This document shows positions 1 through 8,134 of a DNA stretch of 64,000 nt, piece by piece. Within the stretch, counting starts at the first letter, position 1. Every line of letters begins with the position of its first letter. The stretch spans positions 22,648 to 86,647 of the forward strand of contig PBEM01000012.1 in assembly GCA_002718415.1 (NCBI GenBank), given 5' to 3'. The DNA is from Chloroflexota bacterium. Lineage in GTDB: Bacteria; Chloroflexota; Dehalococcoidia; Lucifugimonadales; Lucifugimonadaceae. The notes under the pieces are model-generated. The model did not search any database. It was given only the letters and a program-made list of their open reading frames with translations, and was not told the origin of the DNA. Both the position numbers and the translations under genes were made by a program.

Positions 1-546
1 TTCTGAAGATTGAACACTATAAAATTTTTTTCCTTCAGATTCCCCTTCACAATCCATTGTTATAAGATCATCTTCAATTATTTTTCTTTTTACAGGTTGC
101 CAAACTGCCTGAGATTCTAACAATTGTTGAATTGTTTCAGAAACTTGTTTTTTGGTAATTTTTTTTATCGGATCTTCAAATAATAAATCTGAATAATCCG
201 AAATACTTATTGAAGGCCTTAAAGCCACTGTTGCATCTAATTTAATCGGATCTCTTTCTACTATAGTTACACGTGGTGTGGTAAAAGCTTTAACATCATT
301 TTCTTCAATACTTGAATTAACTACATCAGGAACAAGACTTTCCAAAGCTTCATTTACTAAGTAGTCTCTTCCAACAAAATTTTCAATAACACTAGATGGA
401 GCTTTACCTTTTCGAAAACCAGGAATGTTCATCTTATTCGAAATTTTTTTATTAGCAATAATAATATGTTTTGCTAGTGTCTGATCATCTACTTCTATAT
501 GAAGTATAATCTCTCTATTTTCTGTATCTTCAATTGTTGTTTTCAA
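1..546 (-). CDS. tig: Trigger factor, N-terminal part (gene runs off the window start)
   Basis: My own reverse-strand translation; it is absent from the ORF track because it is partial. It reads LKTTIEDTENREIILHIEVDDQ...KMNIPGFRKGKAPSSVIENFVG.... IPGFRKGKAP is the trigger-factor ribosome-binding signature. TTG at 546-544 is the only canonical start after the in-frame TAG at 588-586. Confidence 0.85.
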   Translation of the reverse strand, partial: MKTTIEDTENREIILHIEVDDQTLAKHIIIANKKISNKMNIPGFRKGKAPSSVIENFVGRDYLVNEALESLVPDVVNSSIEENDVKAFTTPRVTIVERDPIKLDATVALRPSISISDYSDLLFEDPIKKITKKQVSETIQQLLESQAVWQPVKRKIIEDDLITMDCEGESEGKKFYSVQSSE

Positions 547-586
547 AATTATTTCTTGTAAATTATAAGAATTATAATATAAATTC

Positions 587-623
587 TAACACTCATATAA
601 AAAAACATTTCATATGAGTGTTA
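587..623 (-). terminator. AT-rich hairpin between aspS and tig (possible weak terminator or processing site)
   Basis: Perfect 12-bp inverted repeat: taacactcatat (587-598) pairs with atatgagtgtta (612-623), with a 13-nt loop. It lies 16 nt downstream of the aspS stop. Only 3 G:C pairs, and there is no clean U-tract immediately 3' on the minus strand. Confidence 0.3.
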
Positions 624-638
624 TGAAAATATTAATTT

Positions 639-2435
639 TTAATCTAAGTCGGTAAAAGATATTCCCAATTCTCTTAATTGATTTGAATCAATATTAGAAG
701 GGGAATCAAATAATGGGTCTGAAGCGGTCTGGGTCTTTGGGAAAGCAATAACTTCTCTTATATTATCTTGACCACCAAGAAGCATCACTAGTCTATCCAA
801 ACCTAAACCCATTCCCCCATGAGGAGGAGCTCCATAATCAAATGAACGTAATAAGTGACCAAATCTAGTATCTATATCTTCCTTTTGATATCCAATTACA
901 TTAAATACGCGAGTTTGAATATCTCTATCATGAATTCTTATACTCCCAGAACCTAGCTCATAACCATTACAGACTAAATCATATAATTCTGCTTTGATTT
1001 TTGCGGGATCTTTTTCTAAATAAATTAAGTCTTCCTCTTTTGGTGAAGAAAAAACATGATGAGCAGGAACCCACTTTGATTCTAAATCATCCCATTCAAA
1101 TAAAGGAAAATCATCAACCCAAACAAAATTAAATTCATTATTATCAAATAAATTCAATTCTTTACCCATACGTGTTCTTATTGCAGATAAAACATTATTT
1201 ACTACCTTAGCTTGATCTGCAACTATAAGAACTAAATCACCTGGTTTTGCACCAGTAAAGTTATATATATTTTTTACTATATCTACTGATAAAAATTTCT
1301 TTAAAGATGAACGATATTGATCATCCTGTATATTATCTAAAGATTGTATATTTTTATCTAAACCTATAAATACTAAACCCTTACCTCCTGACAATTTGGA
1401 AAAATTAATCAATTCATCAGTTTGTTTTCTAGTGTATTCTCCACAACCTGGCAAAACAATACTCCTTGCAATACCACCATTTCCAATAACAGAATCAAAG
1501 ACATTAATCCCAATATTTGTAACAATTTCAGATATAGTCCTAAGTTCTAATCCATATCTAGTATCAGGTTTATCAGTTCCAAATCTCTCCATTGATTCCT
1601 CATAAGAAATATGTAAAAAAGGTTTATTAAATTTTGCACTAGGAACAATTTTTTCTACAATTGAAATAAATAAACCTTCAACTAATTCGATTACATCTTT
1701 TTTATGCACATATGACATTTCTAAATCAAGTTGAGTATGCTCAGGTTGCCTATCTGCCCTTAAATCTTCATCTCTAAAACAATGTGCTATTTGAAAATAT
1801 TTTTCAATCCCAGAAACCATCAGTATTTGTTTAAGTTGCTGAGGAGATTGGGGTAAAGCATAAAACTGCCCAGGATGTAACCTACTAGGAACAACATAAT
1901 CCCTAGCTCCTTCAGGAGTACTTTTTATAAGTATAGGTGTTTCTACTTGTATAAAATCTTTATCTGATAAATAATTCCAAATCTCATGTGTTACATTATG
2001 ACGAAGCTTCAATAGGTTTTGCATTTTTGGTCGACGTAAATCTAAAAATCTATATTTCAATCTGGTTAACTCATCAATATTTAAATCATCAATTACTTCA
2101 AATGGAGGTGTTTTAGAAGGACTCAATATTTTTAATTCTTTGGCATTTAATTCTATTTGACCTGTTTTTAGATCATCATTTTCAGCACCTTCTTTCCTTT
2201 TTGAAATAGTTCCCGAAACCTGAATAACCCATTCGTTACGTAATTTTTCTGATAAATTGTGAGATTCTTCAGAAATTTTAGGATTAAATACTACCTGCAA
2301 TATACCACTCCTATCCCTCAAGTCTATAAAAATTAAATTCCCGTGATCCCGTCTTCGACTGACCCATCCTGCCACAATAACAAAATCACCTGCTCTATCT
2401 AATGTTATATCTCCACAATTAGTATTTTTATACAA
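639..2435 (-). CDS. aspS: Aspartate--tRNA ligase
   Basis: 598-aa ORF. It has an N-terminal OB fold (GWVSRRRDHGNLIFIDLRDRSG) and class II motifs (FRDEDLRADRQPEHTQLD; GGMGLGLDRLVMLL). The TTG start lies 2 nt after the bioY stop. Confidence 0.95.
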   Translation of the reverse strand: MYKNTNCGDITLDRAGDFVIVAGWVSRRRDHGNLIFIDLRDRSGILQVVFNPKISEESHNLSEKLRNEWVIQVSGTISKRKEGAENDDLKTGQIELNAKELKILSPSKTPPFEVIDDLNIDELTRLKYRFLDLRRPKMQNLLKLRHNVTHEIWNYLSDKDFIQVETPILIKSTPEGARDYVVPSRLHPGQFYALPQSPQQLKQILMVSGIEKYFQIAHCFRDEDLRADRQPEHTQLDLEMSYVHKKDVIELVEGLFISIVEKIVPSAKFNKPFLHISYEESMERFGTDKPDTRYGLELRTISEIVTNIGINVFDSVIGNGGIARSIVLPGCGEYTRKQTDELINFSKLSGGKGLVFIGLDKNIQSLDNIQDDQYRSSLKKFLSVDIVKNIYNFTGAKPGDLVLIVADQAKVVNNVLSAIRTRMGKELNLFDNNEFNFVWVDDFPLFEWDDLESKWVPAHHVFSSPKEEDLIYLEKDPAKIKAELYDLVCNGYELGSGSIRIHDRDIQTRVFNVIGYQKEDIDTRFGHLLRSFDYGAPPHGGMGLGLDRLVMLLGGQDNIREVIAFPKTQTASDPLFDSPSNIDSNQLRELGISFTDLD

Positions 2436-2437
2436 CC

Positions 2438-3076
2438 TTATCCATCTTTCTTATTTACGAAATTATTAATTCCAGTAATAACTAACGAAGCAAGTATAAG
2501 CTTTACTAAATCTCCCGGTATAAAAGGGTAAAGAGCTTTTTCCAATAGTTGACCTTCTGGAGGCCAAGAAAAATCAAAAATAATAAGCCAAATCAATGCA
2601 GGTATATATATAAATATCGATCCTACTAACATAGCCCATAAAATTTTCCCATTAGTCCAACCTCTTTGATAAAGATATCCTACTAAAAAAGTCGCTAAAA
2701 TGAAACCTAAAAGATATCCACCAGTAACCCCTTGAAAAACATAATCAAATCCTCCCCCTCCGTTTGCAAAAACAGGAAGACCAAATACTCCAATAAAATA
2801 ATACGTTAAAATTGATACTAATCCCCATTTCCAACCCAAAAAACCTCCTATAGTTAAAATTCCAAAAGTTTGTAATGTCACAGGTACAGGATTTTCAGGT
2901 AAATAAAATCTTATTTGAGATAATATAGAAATTAATATTGTTCCTAATAAAGAAATTAATATAGTTTGTGACAAAGAAATTTTAGGAAACACTTGCCTAA
3001 ATAACGGTTCTTCATTTCTTATTGATAATCCAAAGTTACCAAAGATATATTGTGATCTTTTATTTATAATTTCCAT
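2438..3076 (-). CDS. bioY: Biotin transporter BioY (solitary S-component)
   Basis: 212-aa polytopic membrane ORF with a BioY-like core (PVPVTLQTFGILTIGGFLG, GLPVFANGGGG, GVTGGYLLGF). No bioM or bioN is adjacent. Confidence 0.8.
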   Translation of the reverse strand: MEIINKRSQYIFGNFGLSIRNEEPLFRQVFPKISLSQTILISLLGTILISILSQIRFYLPENPVPVTLQTFGILTIGGFLGWKWGLVSILTYYFIGVFGLPVFANGGGGFDYVFQGVTGGYLLGFILATFLVGYLYQRGWTNGKILWAMLVGSIFIYIPALIWLIIFDFSWPPEGQLLEKALYPFIPGDLVKLILASLVITGINNFVNKKDG

Positions 3077-3093
3077 AGTTACTCCAAAAAATA

Positions 3094-3525
3094 TTATTCA
3101 AGCTCTCTCTTAACTACCTGCAAACTAACAAACGTTTCAGTCTTCTTCACACCTTCAATTTCTCCAATACTATTTCGTAGAAATCTACCTAAAGCCTCAG
3201 CAGTTGGTAAAATTACCCAGGCAAACACATCATATGTACCTGTTGTAATAGAAACCCATTTTGTATCTTGTAGATTTGTAATAGCATCAGCAACCGGTTC
3301 AACAAGGCCGGGATCTACTTGAACCCCAACTAAAGCTTCAAATTCATACCCCATTTGTCTAGGATCAGAAATAGCCAAAACATTAATTGTTTTATTATCA
3401 ATTAATTTTTTAAGTCTTCGACGAATAGTACCTTCACTAACACCAATTTTTCTGGCAATCTCTGCATTCGAAGCCCTACCATCAGATTCTAGTATATCAA
3501 TTATATTTTTGTCAAAATTATCCAT
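3094..3525 (-). CDS. Lrp/AsnC-family transcriptional regulator
   Basis: N-terminal HTH (DKNIIDILESDGRASNAEIARKIGVSEGTIRRRLKKL) plus a C-terminal AsnC/RAM-type domain. I prefer ATG 3525 over the track's TTG 3534. Confidence 0.85.
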   Translation of the reverse strand: MDNFDKNIIDILESDGRASNAEIARKIGVSEGTIRRRLKKLIDNKTINVLAISDPRQMGYEFEALVGVQVDPGLVEPVADAITNLQDTKWVSITTGTYDVFAWVILPTAEALGRFLRNSIGEIEGVKKTETFVSLQVVKRELE

Positions 3526-3723
3526 TAAATTCAATCCAAATATTTATAAAATTAGTATCATTGTTATCAGTAATGTTCAATGCTTAACAATAAATCTCAA
3601 AAAAAGTCACGTAAATAATTAACGCAAAATTACTAATTTTATATATTTATATTACGAATAATTACTTTATATTTCAATTATACATCGGATACGGTAAAAA
3701 GTTCTCCATTTTATTGCCAAAAT

Positions 3724-3755
3724 ATATGTATTAAAATTTTATTTTTAATACATAT
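3724..3755. promoter_or_regulatory. Perfect 13-bp palindrome in a divergent promoter region (candidate operator)
   Basis: atatgtattaaaa (3724-3736), a 6-nt spacer ttttat, then ttttaatacatat (3743-3755). It lies between the Lrp/AsnC regulator gene (minus) and the iscA-like operon (plus), about 80 bp upstream of the 3833 start. Confidence 0.3.
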
Positions 3756-3832
3756 TCCCCTAAAAATGATATAAGTCTTTAGATTATAATTGTACTTAAG
3801 ATATTTTGATTTAATCGTTATAGGAGTTTCTA

Positions 3833-4255
3833 TTGGTCACAGAAAAAATCACACTTGGATTTACTGATGCAGCAGTAATAAAACTAAAAGAGGTTCTAGC
3901 AGAACAAGATCCCCCAGCTACTGATCAATATCTAAGGGTCGCAGTAACCCAAACACAGGAAGGTGGAGTTGATTATGTTTTTGGACTAGAAGTTACACCT
4001 TCCGGTAATGATATTGTTATAGAAGGTGAAATCAAGGCTTTGGTAGATGAACAAAGTGCTCCTCTTATAGATGGATCTAACATAGATTATGTAGAAGGCT
4101 TTCAACGTTCAGGATTTGTAATTTCTAATCCGAACTTTCCAGGAGGATGCGCTTGTGGAAACACAGGAGGATGTGGAAGCGGAGGGGGCGGATGCGGCGG
4201 TGGAGGCGGAGGATGTGGATGTGGTGGTGGTGGCGGAGGATGTGGCTCACATTAA
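3833..4255 (+). CDS. HesB/IscA-like Fe-S assembly domain protein with a C-terminal Gly/Cys-rich tail
   Basis: 140 aa. TTG start with GGAG 6 nt upstream. The body resembles an IscA/HesB fold (LRVAV...DYVFGL...ALVDEQSAPLIDGSNIDYVE...GFVISNPN). It lacks the usual first Cys (GCSG) and ends GGCACGNTGGCGSGGGGCGGGGGGCGCGGGGGGCGSH. Confidence 0.7.
   Translation: MVTEKITLGFTDAAVIKLKEVLAEQDPPATDQYLRVAVTQTQEGGVDYVFGLEVTPSGNDIVIEGEIKALVDEQSAPLIDGSNIDYVEGFQRSGFVISNPNFPGGCACGNTGGCGSGGGGCGGGGGGCGCGGGGGGCGSH
4142..4252 (+). other. Local GC spike encoding a (Gly)n-Cys low-complexity tail
   Basis: A run of GGN and TGY codons (ggaggatgcgcttgtgga...ggtggtggtggcggaggatgtggc) within an otherwise AT-rich window. 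It is in frame with the 3833 ORF and carries 7 Cys in 37 residues. Confidence 0.9.
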
Positions 4256-4292
4256 ATTCAACTTAAAATTCACATAAATTGAGGATAAATTT

Positions 4293-4559
4293 ATGGCCTA
4301 TATTATTGGAAAAGCTTGCATTGATATTATGGATGGTTCTTGTGTGGATGTATGTCCTGTAGATTGTATATATTCTAATCCCGGGGACAAACAATTATTT
4401 ATTAGCCCTGATGAATGTATCGATTGTGCAGCATGTGAACCAGTTTGTCCTGAAAACGCTATTTTCCCTGAAGATCAGGTACCGGACGACCAAAAAGAAT
4501 TCATAAAAATTAATTACGATTATGATTATGATAATTCTGAACCAGGTAAAAACACATAG
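4293..4559 (+). CDS. fdxA: 7Fe-type ferredoxin (3Fe-4S plus 4Fe-4S)
   Basis: 88 aa. The Cys patterns CIDIMDGSCVDVCPVDC and CIDCAACEPVCP are typical of Azotobacter/actinobacterial-type 7Fe ferredoxins. Confidence 0.85.
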   Translation: MAYIIGKACIDIMDGSCVDVCPVDCIYSNPGDKQLFISPDECIDCAACEPVCPENAIFPEDQVPDDQKEFIKINYDYDYDNSEPGKNT

Positions 4560-4562
4560 AAT

Positions 4563-5495
4563 ATGTTAAAAACATCCTCAAATCTAACCAGCTTTTGGGG
4601 AACGCATTTCATGCTTCCTACACCTTTCACTGAGGATTATGAAATAGATTTCCATTCATTAGAGAAATTACTTGAAGTTTCTATATCTGCTAAATGTAAA
4701 GGTGTCGTAACTTTAGGAGTTATGGGAGAAGCAAACAGATTATTAGATACAGAAAGATTAGAAATTATGAAATTTGTAATCTCTAAAATCAATCAACGTT
4801 TACCTGTAACAGTTGGGGTATCATCCGATAGTAATTATGTATTAAAATCAAGAATTTTAGAAGCGCAGAAATTAGGGGCATCTTCATTGTTAATATGTCC
4901 TCCAAGATTAAACAAACCAAATAATTTATCTATATTGGAATATTATAAAATCGCACAAACTTACTCAGAAATACCAGTGGTTTTACAAGATTTACCATCT
5001 GAGTCAGGTGTATTTCTTGATATTAATATGATTAAAAAATTACATTCAGAATTCCCCATAATAAAAATGATCAAACTAGAAGATCCACCAACGCCTCCAA
5101 AGATTTCTAATATCCTAAATGAAATTCCAAATATATCTATTTTTGGAGGATTAGGCGGAGCATTTTTTTTAGAAGAATTACGTAGAGGAGCTACTGGTAC
5201 TATGACAGGATTTGCGTATCCAGAGGTGCTAAGTTCCATATATGATAATGTAACTAAAGGTAACTACGATATGGCAAAAAAGATATTTAATTATTGGATA
5301 CCACTTATAAGATATGAAAACTCAGCTGGTATTGGTCTAAGTATCAGGAAAAATATACTAAAACATAGAGGTATTATTAAATATGATTACGTGAGAAAAC
5401 CTACTCCAGAAATTGACACGAATACAAAAAATGAACTCTCATACATACTTGATTCCCTAAATATTTTAGAAAATTCAGAAAATTTCAGTCTATAA
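4563..5495 (+). CDS. DapA/NAL-family class I aldolase-like protein (specificity unknown)
   Basis: 310 aa. The N-terminal region (PTPFTEDYEIDFHSLEKLLEVSISAKCKGVVTLGVMGEANRLLDTERLEI) resembles the dihydrodipicolinate synthase / N-acetylneuraminate lyase family. It starts 3 nt after the ferredoxin stop. Confidence 0.6.
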   Translation: MLKTSSNLTSFWGTHFMLPTPFTEDYEIDFHSLEKLLEVSISAKCKGVVTLGVMGEANRLLDTERLEIMKFVISKINQRLPVTVGVSSDSNYVLKSRILEAQKLGASSLLICPPRLNKPNNLSILEYYKIAQTYSEIPVVLQDLPSESGVFLDINMIKKLHSEFPIIKMIKLEDPPTPPKISNILNEIPNISIFGGLGGAFFLEELRRGATGTMTGFAYPEVLSSIYDNVTKGNYDMAKKIFNYWIPLIRYENSAGIGLSIRKNILKHRGIIKYDYVRKPTPEIDTNTKNELSYILDSLNILENSENFSL

Positions 5496-5496
5496 A

Positions 5497-6225
5497 TTAA
5501 TTCTTATCAAAGAAAATTGATTTTCTTTTAAAATTACTCCTCTTTTTTGAAAAATTATTTGCCCCATCTCTCACATAATAAATCGCATTCATAAATAAGC
5601 TTTTTGAATAACTATATGATTTAATTCCAGGTGTAGTTAAAATCAAAGCATTTTCTCCGTCATAATAATTTTTTCTAAGTCCTTTTTTCATAAATCCGTA
5701 TTTTTTATATAAATTAATTGCAGTTGAATTTTTTTCCGGTACTTCGAGTGTGATTGAATCAATATTGTTATATTTTGCTTCATCAAACGCACCTATTATT
5801 AATAATTCGCCAATCCCTTTACCTCTTTGTTCTTTTCTTACCACAATTGTCATAACATGGTACTCGTTAAATATCTTACGTAAGGTTATAAATCCTAAAA
5901 TATAATCTTCAGGAGGTTTTAATCTTATGAATATATCTTTAAGTGAAATAATTTTTTTTATAATAAAAGATCTTTCTTCCTGAGATTTATCATATGAAAT
6001 ATTTAATAATTTTCTTGAACCCTGATCATATTGCGCTTTGGACCATCTTTTAGACACTACCAAAACTATTGAATCAGTCATAAGAAACTCGTTACTCGCT
6101 GTAGGAAGATTATTTATTTTAAGATTTTTTAATTGAATAAAATCTAGGATTTTTAAATCTTCTTTTTTGCTATGTCTTATATAAAATTTATTACCTTTAT
6201 TTTTCATTAAATAAAATTTAATCAT
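5497..6225 (-). CDS. GNAT-family N-acetyltransferase (RimI-like with an internal insertion)
   Basis: 242 aa. The acetyl-CoA binding core is VRKEQRGKGIGELLI, followed by TLEVPEKNSTAINLYKKYGF. Confidence 0.7.
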   Translation of the reverse strand: MIKFYLMKNKGNKFYIRHSKKEDLKILDFIQLKNLKINNLPTASNEFLMTDSIVLVVSKRWSKAQYDQGSRKLLNISYDKSQEERSFIIKKIISLKDIFIRLKPPEDYILGFITLRKIFNEYHVMTIVVRKEQRGKGIGELLIIGAFDEAKYNNIDSITLEVPEKNSTAINLYKKYGFMKKGLRKNYYDGENALILTTPGIKSYSYSKSLFMNAIYYVRDGANNFSKKRSNFKRKSIFFDKN

Positions 6226-6335
6226 TAAATACTAATTATTGATTAAAACATAGATACGATTTTTCACCAAAAAATATAGGGAAACTGTAAATATTAATTC
6301 AAACTAAATATTTAAAACAAAATATCCCTTGATAT

Positions 6336-8132
6336 ATGAACACAAAAAAAATCGATTTTTCTATTACTAATAATCCAGATAGTGCTTCTGGTACTTATAT
6401 TAGAATAATTATGATGGGTTTAAAATATAAATTACTTCTAGTATTAGGTATTATTTCTATTTTTTTTGCCGTAGGATTTCAATTATGGATGCCAATTCTG
6501 ATAGGTAATGGTGTTGAAAACATATCAAAAATCGTAACAAATTCAAATCAAGTAGATCAAAGTCAATTTATTCTAATCGGAATCTACCTTTTATTGGCTT
6601 CTTCTATGAGAGGTGTTTTTACTGGTTTATATAATTATATGGGTGAATCTATTGGTCAACATATAGGATATGAATTAAGACTTTTATATTACGAAAAATT
6701 ACAACGACTTAGCTTTAGTTATCACTCAAATATTCATTCTGGTGATCTTATTACAAGAGCACTTTTAGATATCGAAGGAGTCTCTATGTTTGTTAGAACT
6801 GCCTTTCTAAGAACAATTTTCTTAATCTTATTACTGGGTATAGGTATGTATATGGTTATTAATACAGATCTAGTTTTAGGTCTTCTAAGCTTGAGTTTTG
6901 TACCATTTGCCGGTTGGCGGTCAATTTCTACCAGATTGCAATTACGAACATCTTGGTATAAACTTCAAGAAAAAATGTCTACCCTTACAAAGGTTATGGA
7001 TGAAAATATGGCTGGAATTAGAGTCGTAAGGTCATTCTTCTCACAAAAATTTGAGATGCGTAAATTTGATAAAGCTTCAAAAGAAACTTTAAATATTGCT
7101 AATGAACAAGTAGAAATTAGATCAATTAATATTTCTTTAATTAGCACATCGTTCCTTATTTCTATGGGACTAGTAATTTGGATAGGTGGTATAAAAGTAA
7201 TACAAGGGAATATGACAATAGGAGAATTAGCTACATTCTTAGCTTTCATGAGTATTCTTCAAGCTCCAGTTCGAATGTTGGGAATGATGGTAAATGCTTT
7301 TGCTAGAGGGGCAGCTTCAGGGGGTAGGCTTTTTGCTGTATTGGATATGGACCCTGAAATTAAAGAGAGTAAGAATGCTAAAGATCTGAGTAATGCAAAA
7401 GGGATACTTAAATTTAATAATGTAAATTTCGGATATGAAGGCGAAAGAACTCTAACAAACATTAATTTTGAAGCTACACCAGGACATACTATAGGTATCG
7501 TAGGTCCACCTGGAAGTGGAAAATCTACAATAGCTCATCTTATTCCTAGATTTTATGATCCTACATCAGGTTCAATAACTATCGACAATGTTGACATTAA
7601 AGACATAACATTAGAGTCTCTAAGGCACTTAGTTAGTGTCGTTGAGCAAGATTCATTTCTTTTCACAGCATCCATTGATCAAAATGTAGCGTATGGTAAC
7701 CCTTGGGCTGAAGATAGAGATGTTGAAGTAGCTACAAAAAATACTCAACTTTACAATTATATTGCTAACTTACCTAATAAATTCAATACCATGGTAGGAG
7801 AAAGAGGCGTTTCCTTATCAGGTGGGCAAAGACAAAGATTGTCTATTGCTAGAAGTATCTTACTAAAACCTAAAATTATTATTTTCGATGATTCTACATC
7901 TGCAGTAGATGCTGCTACTGAGCAAAAAATCAGGATTGCTCTTAGAGAGGCCACTAAGAGTAGAACTTCCATTATTATTTCACATAGATTATCTTCGCTA
8001 ATGCATGCTGATGAAATAATTTTTCTTGAATTTGGAAAAATCCAAGAAAGAGGAACCCATGAGGAATTGATATCCAAAGGTGGTAAATATTCTGAACTTT
8101 ATGAATTACAAATTAGGCCAAAAGTGAATTAA
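6336..8132 (+). CDS. ABC exporter, fused permease/ATPase (half-transporter 1)
   Basis: 598 aa with an N-terminal 6-TM domain. Walker A is GPPGSGKST, signature LSGGQRQR, Walker B IIIFDDSTSAVD. Confidence 0.9.
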   Translation: MNTKKIDFSITNNPDSASGTYIRIIMMGLKYKLLLVLGIISIFFAVGFQLWMPILIGNGVENISKIVTNSNQVDQSQFILIGIYLLLASSMRGVFTGLYNYMGESIGQHIGYELRLLYYEKLQRLSFSYHSNIHSGDLITRALLDIEGVSMFVRTAFLRTIFLILLLGIGMYMVINTDLVLGLLSLSFVPFAGWRSISTRLQLRTSWYKLQEKMSTLTKVMDENMAGIRVVRSFFSQKFEMRKFDKASKETLNIANEQVEIRSINISLISTSFLISMGLVIWIGGIKVIQGNMTIGELATFLAFMSILQAPVRMLGMMVNAFARGAASGGRLFAVLDMDPEIKESKNAKDLSNAKGILKFNNVNFGYEGERTLTNINFEATPGHTIGIVGPPGSGKSTIAHLIPRFYDPTSGSITIDNVDIKDITLESLRHLVSVVEQDSFLFTASIDQNVAYGNPWAEDRDVEVATKNTQLYNYIANLPNKFNTMVGERGVSLSGGQRQRLSIARSILLKPKIIIFDDSTSAVDAATEQKIRIALREATKSRTSIIISHRLSSLMHADEIIFLEFGKIQERGTHEELISKGGKYSELYELQIRPKVN

Positions 8133-8134
8133 AT

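Noticed and set aside
4142-4252. The GC-rich run as a non-coding simple repeat, a foreign insert or a CRISPR-like element.
   Set aside because: It is in frame with the IscA-like ORF up to a TAA stop and consists of GGN/TGY codons without unit periodicity. I treat it as a coding low-complexity tail, reported as a finding.
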